Of a DNA stretch of 64,000 nucleotides, positions 1-9,541 are shown in pieces. Below the pieces are notes generated by a model, which did no database searches, was not told the DNA's origin, and worked only from the letters and a program-made list of their open reading frames with translations. Origin of the DNA: Persephonella sp. (GTDB taxonomy: Bacteria > Aquificota > Aquificia > Aquificales > Hydrogenothermaceae); the NCBI RefSeq assembly GCF_027023985.1, contig NZ_JALVTW010000035.1, positions 1,374 to 65,373 of the forward strand. Direction: 5' to 3'. Each line of letters opens with the position of its first letter. The first letter of the stretch is position 1. A program made the translations under genes and the position numbers.

Positions 1-315
1 ATAATAACCTCCTGAAGCGGCTACATTTCCCATTGACACAACAACAGGCTTGGTTTTTCTGAGTTTTTCAATGGCAGTATATATCTCTTGTGCAGCACCT
101 ACTGCGCCACCGGGGCTATCAACCAGTAAAACTACAGCCTTGATTGAGGAATCTTTTTGGGCTTTATCTATATTGGAAACAGTATCCATATAACCGGATA
201 TTACTCCTTTTACCTCAATTACGGCAATTTTAGGCGAAGATTTATAGTTTAAATAAGATAAGAACCAGAAAACTCCCAGAAATATTAAAATTCCTATTAT
301 TATTTTCTTCTTCAT
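1..315 (-). CDS. sppA: Signal peptide peptidase SppA (S49), N-terminal part; runs off the window edge
   Basis: Not in ORF track. Manual translation from ATG at 315: MKKKIIIGILIFLGVFWFL...IAVIEVKGVI...VDSPGGAVGAAQEIY...KPVVVSMGNVAASGGYY, which carries the S49 motifs. Confidence 0.9.
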   Translation of the reverse strand, partial: MKKKIIIGILIFLGVFWFLSYLNYKSSPKIAVIEVKGVISGYMDTVSNIDKAQKDSSIKAVVLLVDSPGGAVGAAQEIYTAIEKLRKTKPVVVSMGNVAASGGYY

Positions 316-325
316 ATTTCCCCCG

Positions 326-619
326 TTAGATAGTTGATGAAGGAACCGGTATAAATTTTAGCATTGGTATTTTTCTTATTTTTATTCTTTTACTGAGTAA
401 ATGTCCGATATAACCCTGCTTTTGATTTAGTTCTTCGGCAACTTTTTCAACATCCTTCAGGGCTGTTATATAAACATCAGATTTGCTTAAATCAGGTGCA
501 GTTTCCACATTTGTAATGGTAATTAGATTATCTTGCAAGGGCATATCATATAGGAATACCTCACTTAATGCTTTTCTTATTGCTGCATTTACTTTTTCTG
601 ATTTGTGGCTTTTTTTCAT
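326..619 (-). CDS. rbfA: Ribosome-binding factor A
   Basis: ITITNVETAPDLSKSDVYIT and RIKIRKIPMLKF motifs; follows a DUF503 gene. Confidence 0.9.
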   Translation of the reverse strand: MKKSHKSEKVNAAIRKALSEVFLYDMPLQDNLITITNVETAPDLSKSDVYITALKDVEKVAEELNQKQGYIGHLLSKRIKIRKIPMLKFIPVPSSTI

Positions 620-901
620 TTAATATATCTCCTTATAAATATTTATATGAACTTCCGGAAAATTAATCTCTACAAAGTTTATTATATTTTGCATTACTTT
701 TTCTACTTGTTTTTGGTCCGGAGCAACTGTTACAACTGCAACCTGTGCAGACTGCCATAAATCCTGATTTCCAACCTCTGATACTGAAACATTAAATTTA
801 GCCTTTAATTTTTCTTTCATTGAACGGATTACCATCCTTTTTTCCTTTAATGAGGTAGCATGAGGAATATACATATCAAAAACGATACTTCCTATAAACA
901 T
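620..901 (-). CDS. DUF503 (YlxP-like) protein
   Basis: SLKEKRMVIRS...KFNVSVSEVGNQDLWQ signature; adjacent to rbfA. Confidence 0.88.
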   Translation of the reverse strand: MFIGSIVFDMYIPHATSLKEKRMVIRSMKEKLKAKFNVSVSEVGNQDLWQSAQVAVVTVAPDQKQVEKVMQNIINFVEINFPEVHINIYKEIY

Positions 902-956
902 CTTCTCCCTGAAAAAAATTTTTTTGTGAATATATATATTTTAAGGAATTTTTCAA

Positions 957-1721
957 TCAGGAATTTTTAAAAAGGTTTATAAAGTCTTCTACTGTTAACT
1001 CTTCAGCCCTTGCAGTCTCAGGGATATCTGCTTTTTTCAAAACCTCAACAGGCAATTTAGTCCTGAGCATCTTTCTACGGGCTGAAAAAAGATGAGAAAC
1101 AAAATTTTTATACTCTTTTATTTTGTCGATAGGAGGGTTTTCTTTTGGGATAAGTTTTACAACTGCGGATGTTACTTTAGGTGGTGGTTTAAAAAATCTG
1201 GCAGGAACACTCATAACGTATTCCACATCAAAAAATGTCTGTATGAAAACAGATAAAAATGTGTATTGCTTGGTTTTTGGTTTTGCAATTAGTTTTTCTG
1301 CTACTTCTTTTTGTAGCATGAATACGCAAAGCTGGATAATATTAAGATAAAAAGGCATATTTACCAGAATAAGAGATGCCACATTATAGGGAAGATTTCC
1401 AACTACTTTGATTTTCTGACCTTCTGCCAGTTCAAAGAGATTAACATCAAAAAAGTCTTTTTTTATTAGCTGGAAATTTTCATATCCGGAAAATTTCTCC
1501 TCTATTATAGGATAGGCCTCAGGGTCTATTTCTATTCCGTAAAGTTTTTTAGGATTTCTTTTTAAAATTTCTTCTGTTAATTGCCCTGTGCCTACCCCTA
1601 TTTCAACAATAATATCTTCCGGCTTGACATCTATCTCATCTACTATTTTTTGTATTACCCCTGATGCTATTAAAAGGTGCTGCCCGAACTTTTTCTTTGT
1701 TCGGAATCCTTTATCCTTCAA
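957..1721 (-). CDS. rsmA: 16S rRNA m6,2A dimethyltransferase RsmA/KsgA
   Basis: KKKFGQHLL, EIGVGTG, VGNLPYN, FKPPPKVTSAVV, RAEEL motifs. Confidence 0.96.
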   Translation of the reverse strand: MKDKGFRTKKKFGQHLLIASGVIQKIVDEIDVKPEDIIVEIGVGTGQLTEEILKRNPKKLYGIEIDPEAYPIIEEKFSGYENFQLIKKDFFDVNLFELAEGQKIKVVGNLPYNVASLILVNMPFYLNIIQLCVFMLQKEVAEKLIAKPKTKQYTFLSVFIQTFFDVEYVMSVPARFFKPPPKVTSAVVKLIPKENPPIDKIKEYKNFVSHLFSARRKMLRTKLPVEVLKKADIPETARAEELTVEDFINLFKNS

Positions 1722-2592
1722 GCTCTTTTGCCTTTCTGAGTATTAACTCCTTTACAAAATCCCTTGTGTCTTCCCTTTCAAGTGCAAAATCAACGATAGC
1801 CTGAATATAACCGAATTTATTACCTGTATCGTGTCTTATTCCTTCTATATCCTTTGAATAGATAACCTCATCTTTTCTCAGGGTCATCAGGGCATCTGTA
1901 AGCTGGAGTTCACCGCCTTTTCCAAATGGTGTTCTTTTTAGGGCATCAAATATATTTGGAGTAAGAATATATCTACCTATAATTGCAGATGTAGACGGAG
2001 CTTCTTCCGGTTCCGGTTTTTCCACCAGATAATTAACCAGTCTTATATTTTCTTCTATAAATGTTCCTTCCACTATTCCGTATTTGTATGTTTCTTCCTT
2101 TGGAACTTCTGTTGTTCCTATAACAGATTTACCGAATTTTCTGTAAACATCTATTAATTGTTTTAATCCGGGATATTCATGGTTTATGATTAATTCATCC
2201 CCCAGTAAAACGGCAAATGGCTCATTACCTATAGCCGGTTCAGCGGTAAGTATAGCATGACCAAGTCCAAGCTGCTCTTTTTGTCTGATATATATGAAAT
2301 TTGCAAGGTTTGATACTTCTCTAACAAGCTTAACAAGTTCTTCTTTTCCTGCTCTCTCAAGAGCTTCCTCAAGGTCTGGAGCATAATCAAAATGGTCTTC
2401 TATTGCTCTTTTGTGCCTACCTGTAACGAAGATTATAGTATCAATACCTGAAGCAACAGCTTCCTCAACTATATACTGGATTATAGGTTTATCCACAATA
2501 GGCATCATCTCCTTAGGAGTTGCCTTTGTGGCAGGTAAAAATCTTGTTCCAAATCCTGCAACAGGAATAACTGCTTTTTTTACTTCAAGCAT
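1711..2592 (-). CDS. galU: UTP-glucose-1-phosphate uridylyltransferase
   Basis: KAVIPVAGFGTRFLPATKATPKEM, LGLGHA, VEKP, GELQLTDA motifs. Confidence 0.96.
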   Translation of the reverse strand: MLEVKKAVIPVAGFGTRFLPATKATPKEMMPIVDKPIIQYIVEEAVASGIDTIIFVTGRHKRAIEDHFDYAPDLEEALERAGKEELVKLVREVSNLANFIYIRQKEQLGLGHAILTAEPAIGNEPFAVLLGDELIINHEYPGLKQLIDVYRKFGKSVIGTTEVPKEETYKYGIVEGTFIEENIRLVNYLVEKPEPEEAPSTSAIIGRYILTPNIFDALKRTPFGKGGELQLTDALMTLRKDEVIYSKDIEGIRHDTGNKFGYIQAIVDFALEREDTRDFVKELILRKAKELEG

Positions 2593-3304
2593 CCTTCCCT
2601 TCTCCTTCTATTTTTTCAAGTATTTTTTTGTATCCTTCTATAAGGTCTCCAAGGTCAAATCTAAATCTATCTTTATCAAGGCTTTCTCCTGTTTTGGCAT
2701 CCCAGAATCTACATGTATCAGGTGATATTTCATCTGCAAGAACTATCTCACCATCTTTTCTTCCAAATTCCAGTTTAAAATCAACAAGGATTATTCCCTG
2801 TTTTGCCATAAAATCTTTGATGATTTCATTTACTTTCAGGGCAAGTTCTTTCATCTTTTGAACTTCTTCAGGTTTTGCCAAATTCATAGCATATATGTGT
2901 TGTTCACATATTATCGGGTCGTGGAGTTCATCATTTTTTAGATAAAATTCAACCAAAGGTGGATTAAATTCAGTTTTTTCCGGAATACCAAGTCTTTTTA
3001 CTATACTTCCTGCTGCAATATTTCTGACAACAACCTCAACAGGTATTATTTCAACTTTGTATATAAGCATCTCTCTATCTGAGAGCTGTTTTATAAAGTG
3101 TGTTGGGATACCTTTTTCGTTGAGAAGTTTAAAGAAAAAAGAAGCTATTGTGTTGTTAAGGACACCTTTTCCTTTTATTGTAGCTTTTTTAAGTGCATCA
3201 AAAGCTGTTGCAGAATCTTTGTAATAGGCTATTACTTTATCAGGCTCGTCTGTGGCATATATGATTTTCGCTTTTCCCTCATACAGTTTTTCTCTTTTTT
3301 CCAT
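2585..3304 (-). CDS. purC: SAICAR synthetase
   Basis: LYEGKAK, PVEVVVRN, LVDFKLEFG, LADEISPDTCRFWD motifs. Confidence 0.97.
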   Translation of the reverse strand: MEKREKLYEGKAKIIYATDEPDKVIAYYKDSATAFDALKKATIKGKGVLNNTIASFFFKLLNEKGIPTHFIKQLSDREMLIYKVEIIPVEVVVRNIAAGSIVKRLGIPEKTEFNPPLVEFYLKNDELHDPIICEQHIYAMNLAKPEEVQKMKELALKVNEIIKDFMAKQGIILVDFKLEFGRKDGEIVLADEISPDTCRFWDAKTGESLDKDRFRFDLGDLIEGYKKILEKIEGEGKDA

Positions 3305-3314
3305 TAAAATCCTC

Positions 3315-3950
3315 CTATAAATTCTCTTTAGCTAAAAGTTTAAAGTAGTCATATTTTGAAAGCTGGAGAATTTCATTAAATATATTTTTTGCTTCTGAAG
3401 AATTACCTGTTTTTTGCAGCGTGAAAGCCTTTAGAGTAAGTGCTGAAATATAGTTATAATATCTCTGGTCTATTGTTTTGATTGTATTTAATGTTTTACC
3501 ATACTCTTTGTTTTTGTAATACAGATATCCTTTATACTCTGTAAGTCCTGCGTTAAGCTGCTGAGAGTTAAGCCTTACCTGTAATTTGTTTATATCTTCA
3601 GGAGTTATTTTGTTCTTGTCTTTTTTGATAAGAAGGTCATAGGCAATTGCAACTTTAACAAATGGGGAATCTGGATACTCTTTTTTTATTTTATCTATAA
3701 GTTTTTGGGCTTCTTGATATTTCTTGTCCTGATAAAGTTTGCTGATTTGATAGGCTATTGATGAGGATTTATTAAGAATTTCCTGTTGATGATGTTTGTA
3801 ATAGAAAAATGCAACTATCAGCAAAATAATTAAGACTATACCTGCAATAAAAAGTTTGATATTTTTCCTGACAAAGTCATAGAACATATAGACTTTATAT
3901 TCAAACTCAATATCAACATCTTGTTCAAGGGGAAGTTTTTTCTTTTCCAT
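3315..3950 (-). CDS. Membrane-anchored TPR protein, YfgM-like
   Basis: Single N-terminal TM helix followed by a TPR-like helical domain. Confidence 0.65.
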   Translation of the reverse strand: MEKKKLPLEQDVDIEFEYKVYMFYDFVRKNIKLFIAGIVLIILLIVAFFYYKHHQQEILNKSSSIAYQISKLYQDKKYQEAQKLIDKIKKEYPDSPFVKVAIAYDLLIKKDKNKITPEDINKLQVRLNSQQLNAGLTEYKGYLYYKNKEYGKTLNTIKTIDQRYYNYISALTLKAFTLQKTGNSSEAKNIFNEILQLSKYDYFKLLAKENL

Positions 3951-3979
3951 GTTATCTCCGGAAAAATTTTTAATAATTA

Positions 3980-4957
3980 TTATAACTTAATTAACTGTAA
4001 GGCTTTTTCTGTAATTTCAGCAGGGGCTATACCGGTAAGACAATCCACTGTCTCAAGTTTGCATTTTTTCTTTCCGTGTATATCACAGGGCTGACAGGGA
4101 AGGTTAAGGCACATATAATCCCCTTCTTCTTTTAATGGCGCAAATCCAAAATATGGATGTGTAGCACCATAAACCATAAGAACAGGAACTTGAACAGCCC
4201 TTGACATGTGAGCCACTGCACTATCATTGCTGATTGTAAGCTTTGCATGGGAAATGGCAGCAAGGCTTTCCCTGAGGGAAAGCCTTCCCCTTAAATCAAT
4301 GGTGTTTTCAGGATAGATATTAGAGTCGCTTTCTTTGTCTTCTTTGCTACCAATCAGCACAACATTAAATCCTTTCTGTCCAAGTAATTTTGCAACTTTG
4401 TCGTAGTATGGATAAGATTTATTTTGATATCTGGCTCCTGCTCCGATAGCAACAAAACTTTCAGGGAGAATTTTTTTAACTTTTTCTTTTTCTTCTGGGG
4501 TCAAGATTATCTCTGGTTTTGGTATTTCAGATAGATTTATTCCCAGTTCCTTTAAGGGCTGGCTGTAAGCCTGTAGAACATTAAACTCATCTTTTATAAA
4601 TTTTCTTAAAAATGGATTTGTGTATGCCCTTCTTTTTAATACATTTTTTGGATATTTTAAGACTCTGGCATTTAAGAACTTGGTTAACAAAAAAGACCTT
4701 AGATTTCTGTGGATATCAATAACCATGTCGTAGTTTTCAAGAGAAGAGGCAAACTGTTTTATCTGTGAAAGTGATTTAAGCTGATTTTTATCAGGAGATA
4801 TTAGCCTATTAATCCTGTAATCCTTTTCAAACAAAGGTGCAAAAGGTTTAAGTGTAAGAAAATCAACGGTATATCCTGCTTTATAAAGAGGGTCAAGAAT
4901 GCTACTAACTAATATCACATCTCCCAATGAAGAAAATCTGATTACCAGTATTCTCAA
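3980..4957 (-). CDS. Glycosyltransferase family 9 (LPS heptosyltransferase-like)
   Basis: RILVIRFSSLGDV, ISNDSAVAHM, YGAT motifs; TTG start. Confidence 0.9.
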   Translation of the reverse strand: MRILVIRFSSLGDVILVSSILDPLYKAGYTVDFLTLKPFAPLFEKDYRINRLISPDKNQLKSLSQIKQFASSLENYDMVIDIHRNLRSFLLTKFLNARVLKYPKNVLKRRAYTNPFLRKFIKDEFNVLQAYSQPLKELGINLSEIPKPEIILTPEEKEKVKKILPESFVAIGAGARYQNKSYPYYDKVAKLLGQKGFNVVLIGSKEDKESDSNIYPENTIDLRGRLSLRESLAAISHAKLTISNDSAVAHMSRAVQVPVLMVYGATHPYFGFAPLKEEGDYMCLNLPCQPCDIHGKKKCKLETVDCLTGIAPAEITEKALQLIKL

Positions 4958-4965
4958 ATTTTCCC

Positions 4966-5286
4966 CTAAAGCATGTTTTTCAGATTTTCTATTTCAGCCT
5001 GAAACTCTTCAACCATAGAGTCGTGATGGAATTTTTTAGCCTGTTCAATACCTTTTTGATAATATTCTATAGCTTTTTCAATATCTCCAATATTCAGGTA
5101 AGATTGTGCCATTAATCTATAAGCAGAACCTTCATCTTCATGGATATCCAGATATTTTTTTAGATATAAAATTGCCTCATCATATCTTTTCTCTTTAAAT
5201 AATTCCAGCGCAAGCCCGTATAATCCAAGAGGATTATTCGGGTCTTTTTCTAAAGCCTTTTTTAAGATATTTATCCTATCTGACAT
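4966..5286 (-). CDS. Small TPR protein
   Basis: Two TPR-like repeats (GLYGLALEL..., AYRLMAQSY...). Confidence 0.8.
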   Translation of the reverse strand: MSDRINILKKALEKDPNNPLGLYGLALELFKEKRYDEAILYLKKYLDIHEDEGSAYRLMAQSYLNIGDIEKAIEYYQKGIEQAKKFHHDSMVEEFQAEIENLKNML

Positions 5287-5415
5287 GACTTCCTCCTTTA
5301 CCAGAAATAGATATTATATGCCATTTCAAAACAATTTCATAAATATATTTTTGTATAGACAATACTTAATTATATTTCTATATTTAATATAAAAGATATA
5401 AAGGAGGTAATTGTT

Positions 5416-5904
5416 ATGAGAGCTATTATAATAGCTATAGCTCTTTTGATAGGCTATAGCTATGCTTACGAAGATTTTGTCCAGTATGAAAAGGGTTATT
5501 ACTATGTGGTAATCAAGAAGGGCTCTTTCAAGGTGATAAATGCTAAATTGCAGGAGGAAATTACCAATCATGGATGGGATGTAATTCATACTATCAATGT
5601 TGACCAAACTGTAAAATCAAAAGTCCCTTACAAAACTCATCTGCTTTGCAAAGCCAAATATCTAAAACAGGGTGTTCAATATTTTAAACCTATCGGTGTT
5701 ATTATCCCCTGTAAGATGGCAATATTTGTGGATGGGAATAATGTTGTGATTATGGTTGAGGATGTTATGGAACTTGCCAGAATTTATGCTCCGGGAAATA
5801 AAAAATTTGAAGGATTCTTGAATCAGGTTAAAGATGAGATGATAGATATTCTCAACAGAACTGCTGCCAGATTTATGAGTAGTAAATATACTCCTTATGA
5901 ATAA
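5416..5904 (+). CDS. Exported DUF302-like protein
   Basis: Strong SD AAGGAGG; signal peptide; HTINV...LLCKAKY...IPCKMAIF pattern. Confidence 0.7.
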   Translation: MRAIIIAIALLIGYSYAYEDFVQYEKGYYYVVIKKGSFKVINAKLQEEITNHGWDVIHTINVDQTVKSKVPYKTHLLCKAKYLKQGVQYFKPIGVIIPCKMAIFVDGNNVVIMVEDVMELARIYAPGNKKFEGFLNQVKDEMIDILNRTAARFMSSKYTPYE

Positions 5905-5907
5905 TAA

Positions 5908-5927
5908 AAGGGGGCAAAAGCCCCCTT
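5908..5927. terminator. Bidirectional intrinsic terminator between convergent genes
   Basis: AAGGGGGC-AAAA-GCCCCCTT 8-bp stem with A-rich and T-rich flanks. Confidence 0.8.
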
Positions 5928-5931
5928 GATT

Positions 5932-6954
5932 TTAATCTTCTGGAACTTTGAATAATTCTTCGTAGTCAATACCTTCTTCTTCTGCAAGTTTCTTAGACAT
6001 TTCTTCAAGGTGAAGAAGGAGGTTCCATTTTTCATCAACTTCTTTCTGGATTCTTTCCAGAACTTCAGGATATTTAAGAACGTGTTTCCATCTTGGCTGA
6101 GCTGCAATGTATTCTTCGATTGGTTTTGGTTTTTTAGGTTTGATATTTACTTTCCAATATTTTCCGTTTATTACTTCAAATACAGGCCAGTATCTTGTTT
6201 CAACGGCCAGTTTTGCTATTCTCATTGTATCTTCCGGAGCAAATCTCCATGAGAGTGTGCAAGGTTCAAGAACATTTATAAACTTAAATCCTTCCATAGA
6301 CATTGCTTTTTTGGTTTTTCTTGTAAGGTCTCTGAATATGTGTGGAGAAGCTTGTGCCACATAAGGAATTCCATGAGCAGCCATTATCATTGTAAGGTCT
6401 TTTCTTGGTTCCTGTTTTCCTACACGTTCCTTTCCTACAGGTGTTGTTTTTGTATAAGCTCCTATAGGTGTTGCAGAAGATCTTTGATATCCTGTGTTTT
6501 GATATCCTTCGTTGTTATAGCAAACGTAGAGAACATTATGTCCTCTTTCTGCTGTAGCAGATAAAGCCTGAAAACCGATATCGTAAGTTCCACCATCTCC
6601 ACCGAAAGCCACCACGTGTATTTTCTTATCCTCAGGAATAACTCCTTTTTTCTTGAGAACTTTGTAAGCAGCTTCAACACCAGCTGCAACTGTTGCAGTT
6701 GATTGGAAGTTTACGTGTATCCACGGAACATTCCAGGATGTAACAGGATAAACACCTGTTGTAACCTCAAGACATCCTGTTGCATTTGCAACAATAACAG
6801 GTTCATTTATTGCAAGTAAAACTTCATTAACAATTGGTGGAATACCACAACCAATACACATTCTATGACCAGGTGCGAGAGGTTGATGACCACCAAAAGT
6901 CTCTCTATGGGAAGCTAATTCTGATAATAATGCTATAGGTCTCTTTTTTGCCAT
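5932..6954 (-). CDS. porB: Pyruvate/2-oxoacid:ferredoxin oxidoreductase beta subunit
   Basis: GHRMCIGCG, NATGC, GGDG TPP motif, NNEGYQNTG. Confidence 0.92.
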   Translation of the reverse strand: MAKKRPIALLSELASHRETFGGHQPLAPGHRMCIGCGIPPIVNEVLLAINEPVIVANATGCLEVTTGVYPVTSWNVPWIHVNFQSTATVAAGVEAAYKVLKKKGVIPEDKKIHVVAFGGDGGTYDIGFQALSATAERGHNVLYVCYNNEGYQNTGYQRSSATPIGAYTKTTPVGKERVGKQEPRKDLTMIMAAHGIPYVAQASPHIFRDLTRKTKKAMSMEGFKFINVLEPCTLSWRFAPEDTMRIAKLAVETRYWPVFEVINGKYWKVNIKPKKPKPIEEYIAAQPRWKHVLKYPEVLERIQKEVDEKWNLLLHLEEMSKKLAEEEGIDYEELFKVPED

Positions 6955-6956
6955 GA

Positions 6957-8150
6957 TTACTCCCTCACTTGTAAGTATTCTACAAAGGTGTCTCTTGTAT
7001 CAATGCCTTTCTCAAGGCGTTCAAGTCTATCAAATGCTTTCATAAATTCTTCTTCGTGGATTTCCCTTCCGCCGAGTCCATAGATAAAGTTATGAACCAG
7101 TGGATTATTTTCTGTCCACATAAGAGAAGTAACTATATCTTTGAATAATGGTCCTCCGATTCCATCAAAAGAATCTGCCCTGTCTAAAACAACTACTCCT
7201 TTAGCTTTAGAAAGTGCCTGTGCTACTTCTTTTGCAGGGAAAGGTCTGTAAAGTCTGATTTTTATTGCACCTACTTTTTTACCCTGCTCTCTTAATCTAT
7301 CAACAGCATCTTTCAGCGTTCCAAAAGATGAACCCATTGATATTCCGATATATTCGGCATCGTCTGTTTTGTATTCCTCTATAAAGTCATAATGTTTTCC
7401 TGTGATTTCTCCAAATTCCGTAAACACTTCTTTAACAATGTCATACACCTTTAAGAAGTCATGATGCTGCTGATATTTACATTCTGTATAGTAGTCAGGT
7501 TGAGCAGTTGCACCGTAAGTAACCGGTTTTTCCACATCTAAAAGTGGATATGGAATTCTGTGTATATCAGAAGGTCCGACAAAGTTTTTAACTGTTTCGT
7601 CATCTAAGATTTCTACATCTTCTATAGAGTGAGAAACGATATACCCGTCATAATTAACAATTATTGGGAACATTGCCTTTTCAGATATTTTCACAGACAT
7701 AATAATGTTATGGTAAGCTTCCTGTGCATTTTCTGAGAAAAGGGAAATCCAACCTGTATCCCTGGTTAACATAGTATCGCCATGGTCACAGTGAATAGAA
7801 AGTGGCGCAGATAATGCCCTGTTAACATCTAAAAGAACAATAGGAACCCTCATTCCAGAAGCAACATAAAGATTTTCTATCATGTAAGCAATTCCGGGAC
7901 CTGCAGAAGCTGTTATTGTTCTTGCACCTGCTGCTGCTGCACCTATACAGGTTGCCATTGCAGAGTGTTCACCATCAACGGCGATTAACTCTGTATCAAC
8001 CTCTCCATTTGCAACATACTCAGCAAAGAAGCCCATTAGTTCTGTTTGTGGAGATATTGGATAGACTGCTGCAACATCAAAATTTATCTGTCTCATAGCC
8101 TCTGCAGCAGCCTGATTACCTGTTAAAGCAACTACTTTTGTTTGAGCCAT
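6957..8150 (-). CDS. porA: Pyruvate/2-oxoacid:ferredoxin oxidoreductase alpha subunit
   Basis: GNQAAA, YPISPQTE, EHSA, NRALSAP, RLYRPFP, YGLGGRE. Confidence 0.92.
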   Translation of the reverse strand: MAQTKVVALTGNQAAAEAMRQINFDVAAVYPISPQTELMGFFAEYVANGEVDTELIAVDGEHSAMATCIGAAAAGARTITASAGPGIAYMIENLYVASGMRVPIVLLDVNRALSAPLSIHCDHGDTMLTRDTGWISLFSENAQEAYHNIIMSVKISEKAMFPIIVNYDGYIVSHSIEDVEILDDETVKNFVGPSDIHRIPYPLLDVEKPVTYGATAQPDYYTECKYQQHHDFLKVYDIVKEVFTEFGEITGKHYDFIEEYKTDDAEYIGISMGSSFGTLKDAVDRLREQGKKVGAIKIRLYRPFPAKEVAQALSKAKGVVVLDRADSFDGIGGPLFKDIVTSLMWTENNPLVHNFIYGLGGREIHEEEFMKAFDRLERLEKGIDTRDTFVEYLQVRE

Positions 8151-8175
8151 ATTTTAAACCTCCAAAATTTTAAAC

Positions 8176-8493
8176 TTATAGTTGTTCTTCAAGCTCTTTA
8201 AGCTTAATTTCCATTTCTGGAACCATCTCAAGAGCATTATATGGACATTCAACTGCACATATTCCGCAACCTTTGCAATAATCAAAATCAGTCTCAAATC
8301 TTTCTTGTGGAGATACAGGAATAGAATCGTCTGGACAGAAAATCCAGCATATAAGGCAGTGTGTGCATTTGTCATAATTCAGGACAGGTCTGAGCATTCT
8401 CCAGGAACCTGTATGGTTAATTTTACTTGAACCAGGTTCGGTAACTATTGAACCAATTGGTATTTCATTCCATGGTTTAAGTTCATAGCTCAT
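8176..8493 (-). CDS. porD: 2-oxoacid:ferredoxin oxidoreductase delta subunit (2x4Fe-4S)
   Basis: TGSWR, CTHCLICWIFCP and CKGCGICAVECP ferredoxin motifs. Confidence 0.93.
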   Translation of the reverse strand: MSYELKPWNEIPIGSIVTEPGSSKINHTGSWRMLRPVLNYDKCTHCLICWIFCPDDSIPVSPQERFETDFDYCKGCGICAVECPYNALEMVPEMEIKLKELEEQL

Positions 8494-8562
8494 TTATATA
8501 ATCCTCCTTTTACTTTGATTATACATTTATTCTATTTTCAAACAGCGTTTGATTTTATGAGA

Positions 8563-9162
8563 TTATTCAGCTTTATAAACTTCTTCATATCCTCTTTCAA
8601 GTGCTTTAAGGTTTTGAGGAAGCAGTGCTCTAAGTTTAGAAGAGGCTTCAAATGCTTCTGTGATTTCCTGTTTTAAAGCATCAAGGTCAACAATTCCTGT
8701 TGCTTTAGCAACTGCCCCAAGCATAGCTGTGTTTGGAATATTTCTTCCAAATTCCTCTAAAGCTATTTTTGAAGCATCAACAATCCATAGCTCGTTATTT
8801 GGAATATCAAGGATTTTTCGGACTTTGTCTGCAGGGAAGTTTGTGTTTACAATAAAAACTGTATTTTCATCTGTTCCGGCCTTGATAACATCTTTTATCG
8901 TAAACATAAGAGATGGGTCTGTGATAATTACTATTTCAGGGTGTTCTACAGGGGCTCTTGTATTTATATATTGGTCACTTATTCTTGTTGAAACTTTAAC
9001 AGGAGTTCCTGACCTTTCAAGTCCAAATTCAGGCATCGCCTGTCCGTGTTTTCCTCTGATAATCGCTGCTGAAGCAAGCATTTTTGCCGCTGTAACTGTT
9101 CCTTGACCACCTCTACCGTGCCAGCGGATTTCTCTCATAGACTTATCTGTAGCGGTTGCCAT
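8563..9162 (-). CDS. porC: 2-oxoacid:ferredoxin oxidoreductase gamma subunit (PorC/PorG)
   Basis: EIRWHGRGGQG, FGLERSGTPV, PNTAMLGA. Confidence 0.93.
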   Translation of the reverse strand: MATATDKSMREIRWHGRGGQGTVTAAKMLASAAIIRGKHGQAMPEFGLERSGTPVKVSTRISDQYINTRAPVEHPEIVIITDPSLMFTIKDVIKAGTDENTVFIVNTNFPADKVRKILDIPNNELWIVDASKIALEEFGRNIPNTAMLGAVAKATGIVDLDALKQEITEAFEASSKLRALLPQNLKALERGYEEVYKAE

Positions 9163-9182
9163 TGCGTTGACCTCCTAAATTT

Positions 9183-9229
9183 TATAACGCTGTTATATAA
9201 ATAATAACATAATGACATATATAAAACAA
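9183..9229 (-). promoter_or_regulatory. Putative sigma70 promoter of the por operon with an overlapping palindrome
   Basis: Minus strand TTGTTT-17 nt-TATTAT with TGn extension; palindrome TATAAC-GCT-GTTATA at 9183-9197 spans the predicted +1. Confidence 0.45.
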
Positions 9230-9301
9230 AAAAGATAAGGGAATAAAATACAAGTTAAATATAGAAGGATTAAAATAGAGGGGGAGTATGCGCAGAGTTA
9301 T

Positions 9302-9541
9302 TTAGTTTTGTTTATAGTGCCAGTTAATATAAGGGATTAAATCTTCTTCTAAAATTTCCTGTATAACAGAATTTATTTTGTCATGAAGTTTCCAATTTCT
9401 TTTTTTATAAACATAAATATTTAAGCCTATATCAGCTCCTTCCCTTGCTTCTGCAATATCTACTTTTACAGGCAGGTTATATTTATTAAGAGCCTTTTGT
9501 ATTTCTTGAATAATTTCTACGGTTGTCTTTTCTTTAATCAT
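9302..9541 (-). CDS. Small protein, probably a degenerate minimal-nucleotidyltransferase (MNT)-like partner of the HEPN gene
   Basis: 79 aa; AEAREGADIGLNIYV loosely resembles the MNT ARx...SDIDL segment; its start overlaps the restored HEPN stop. Family call is inference. Confidence 0.5.
   Translation of the reverse strand: MIKEKTTVEIIQEIQKALNKYNLPVKVDIAEAREGADIGLNIYVYKKRNWKLHDKINSVIQEILEEDLIPYINWHYKQN

Noticed and set aside
5326-5607. 93-aa minus-strand ORF over an AT-rich intergenic region and the DUF302 gene
   Set aside because: It overlaps a gene with a strong SD on the other strand and has a low-complexity Tyr/Ile/Asn composition.
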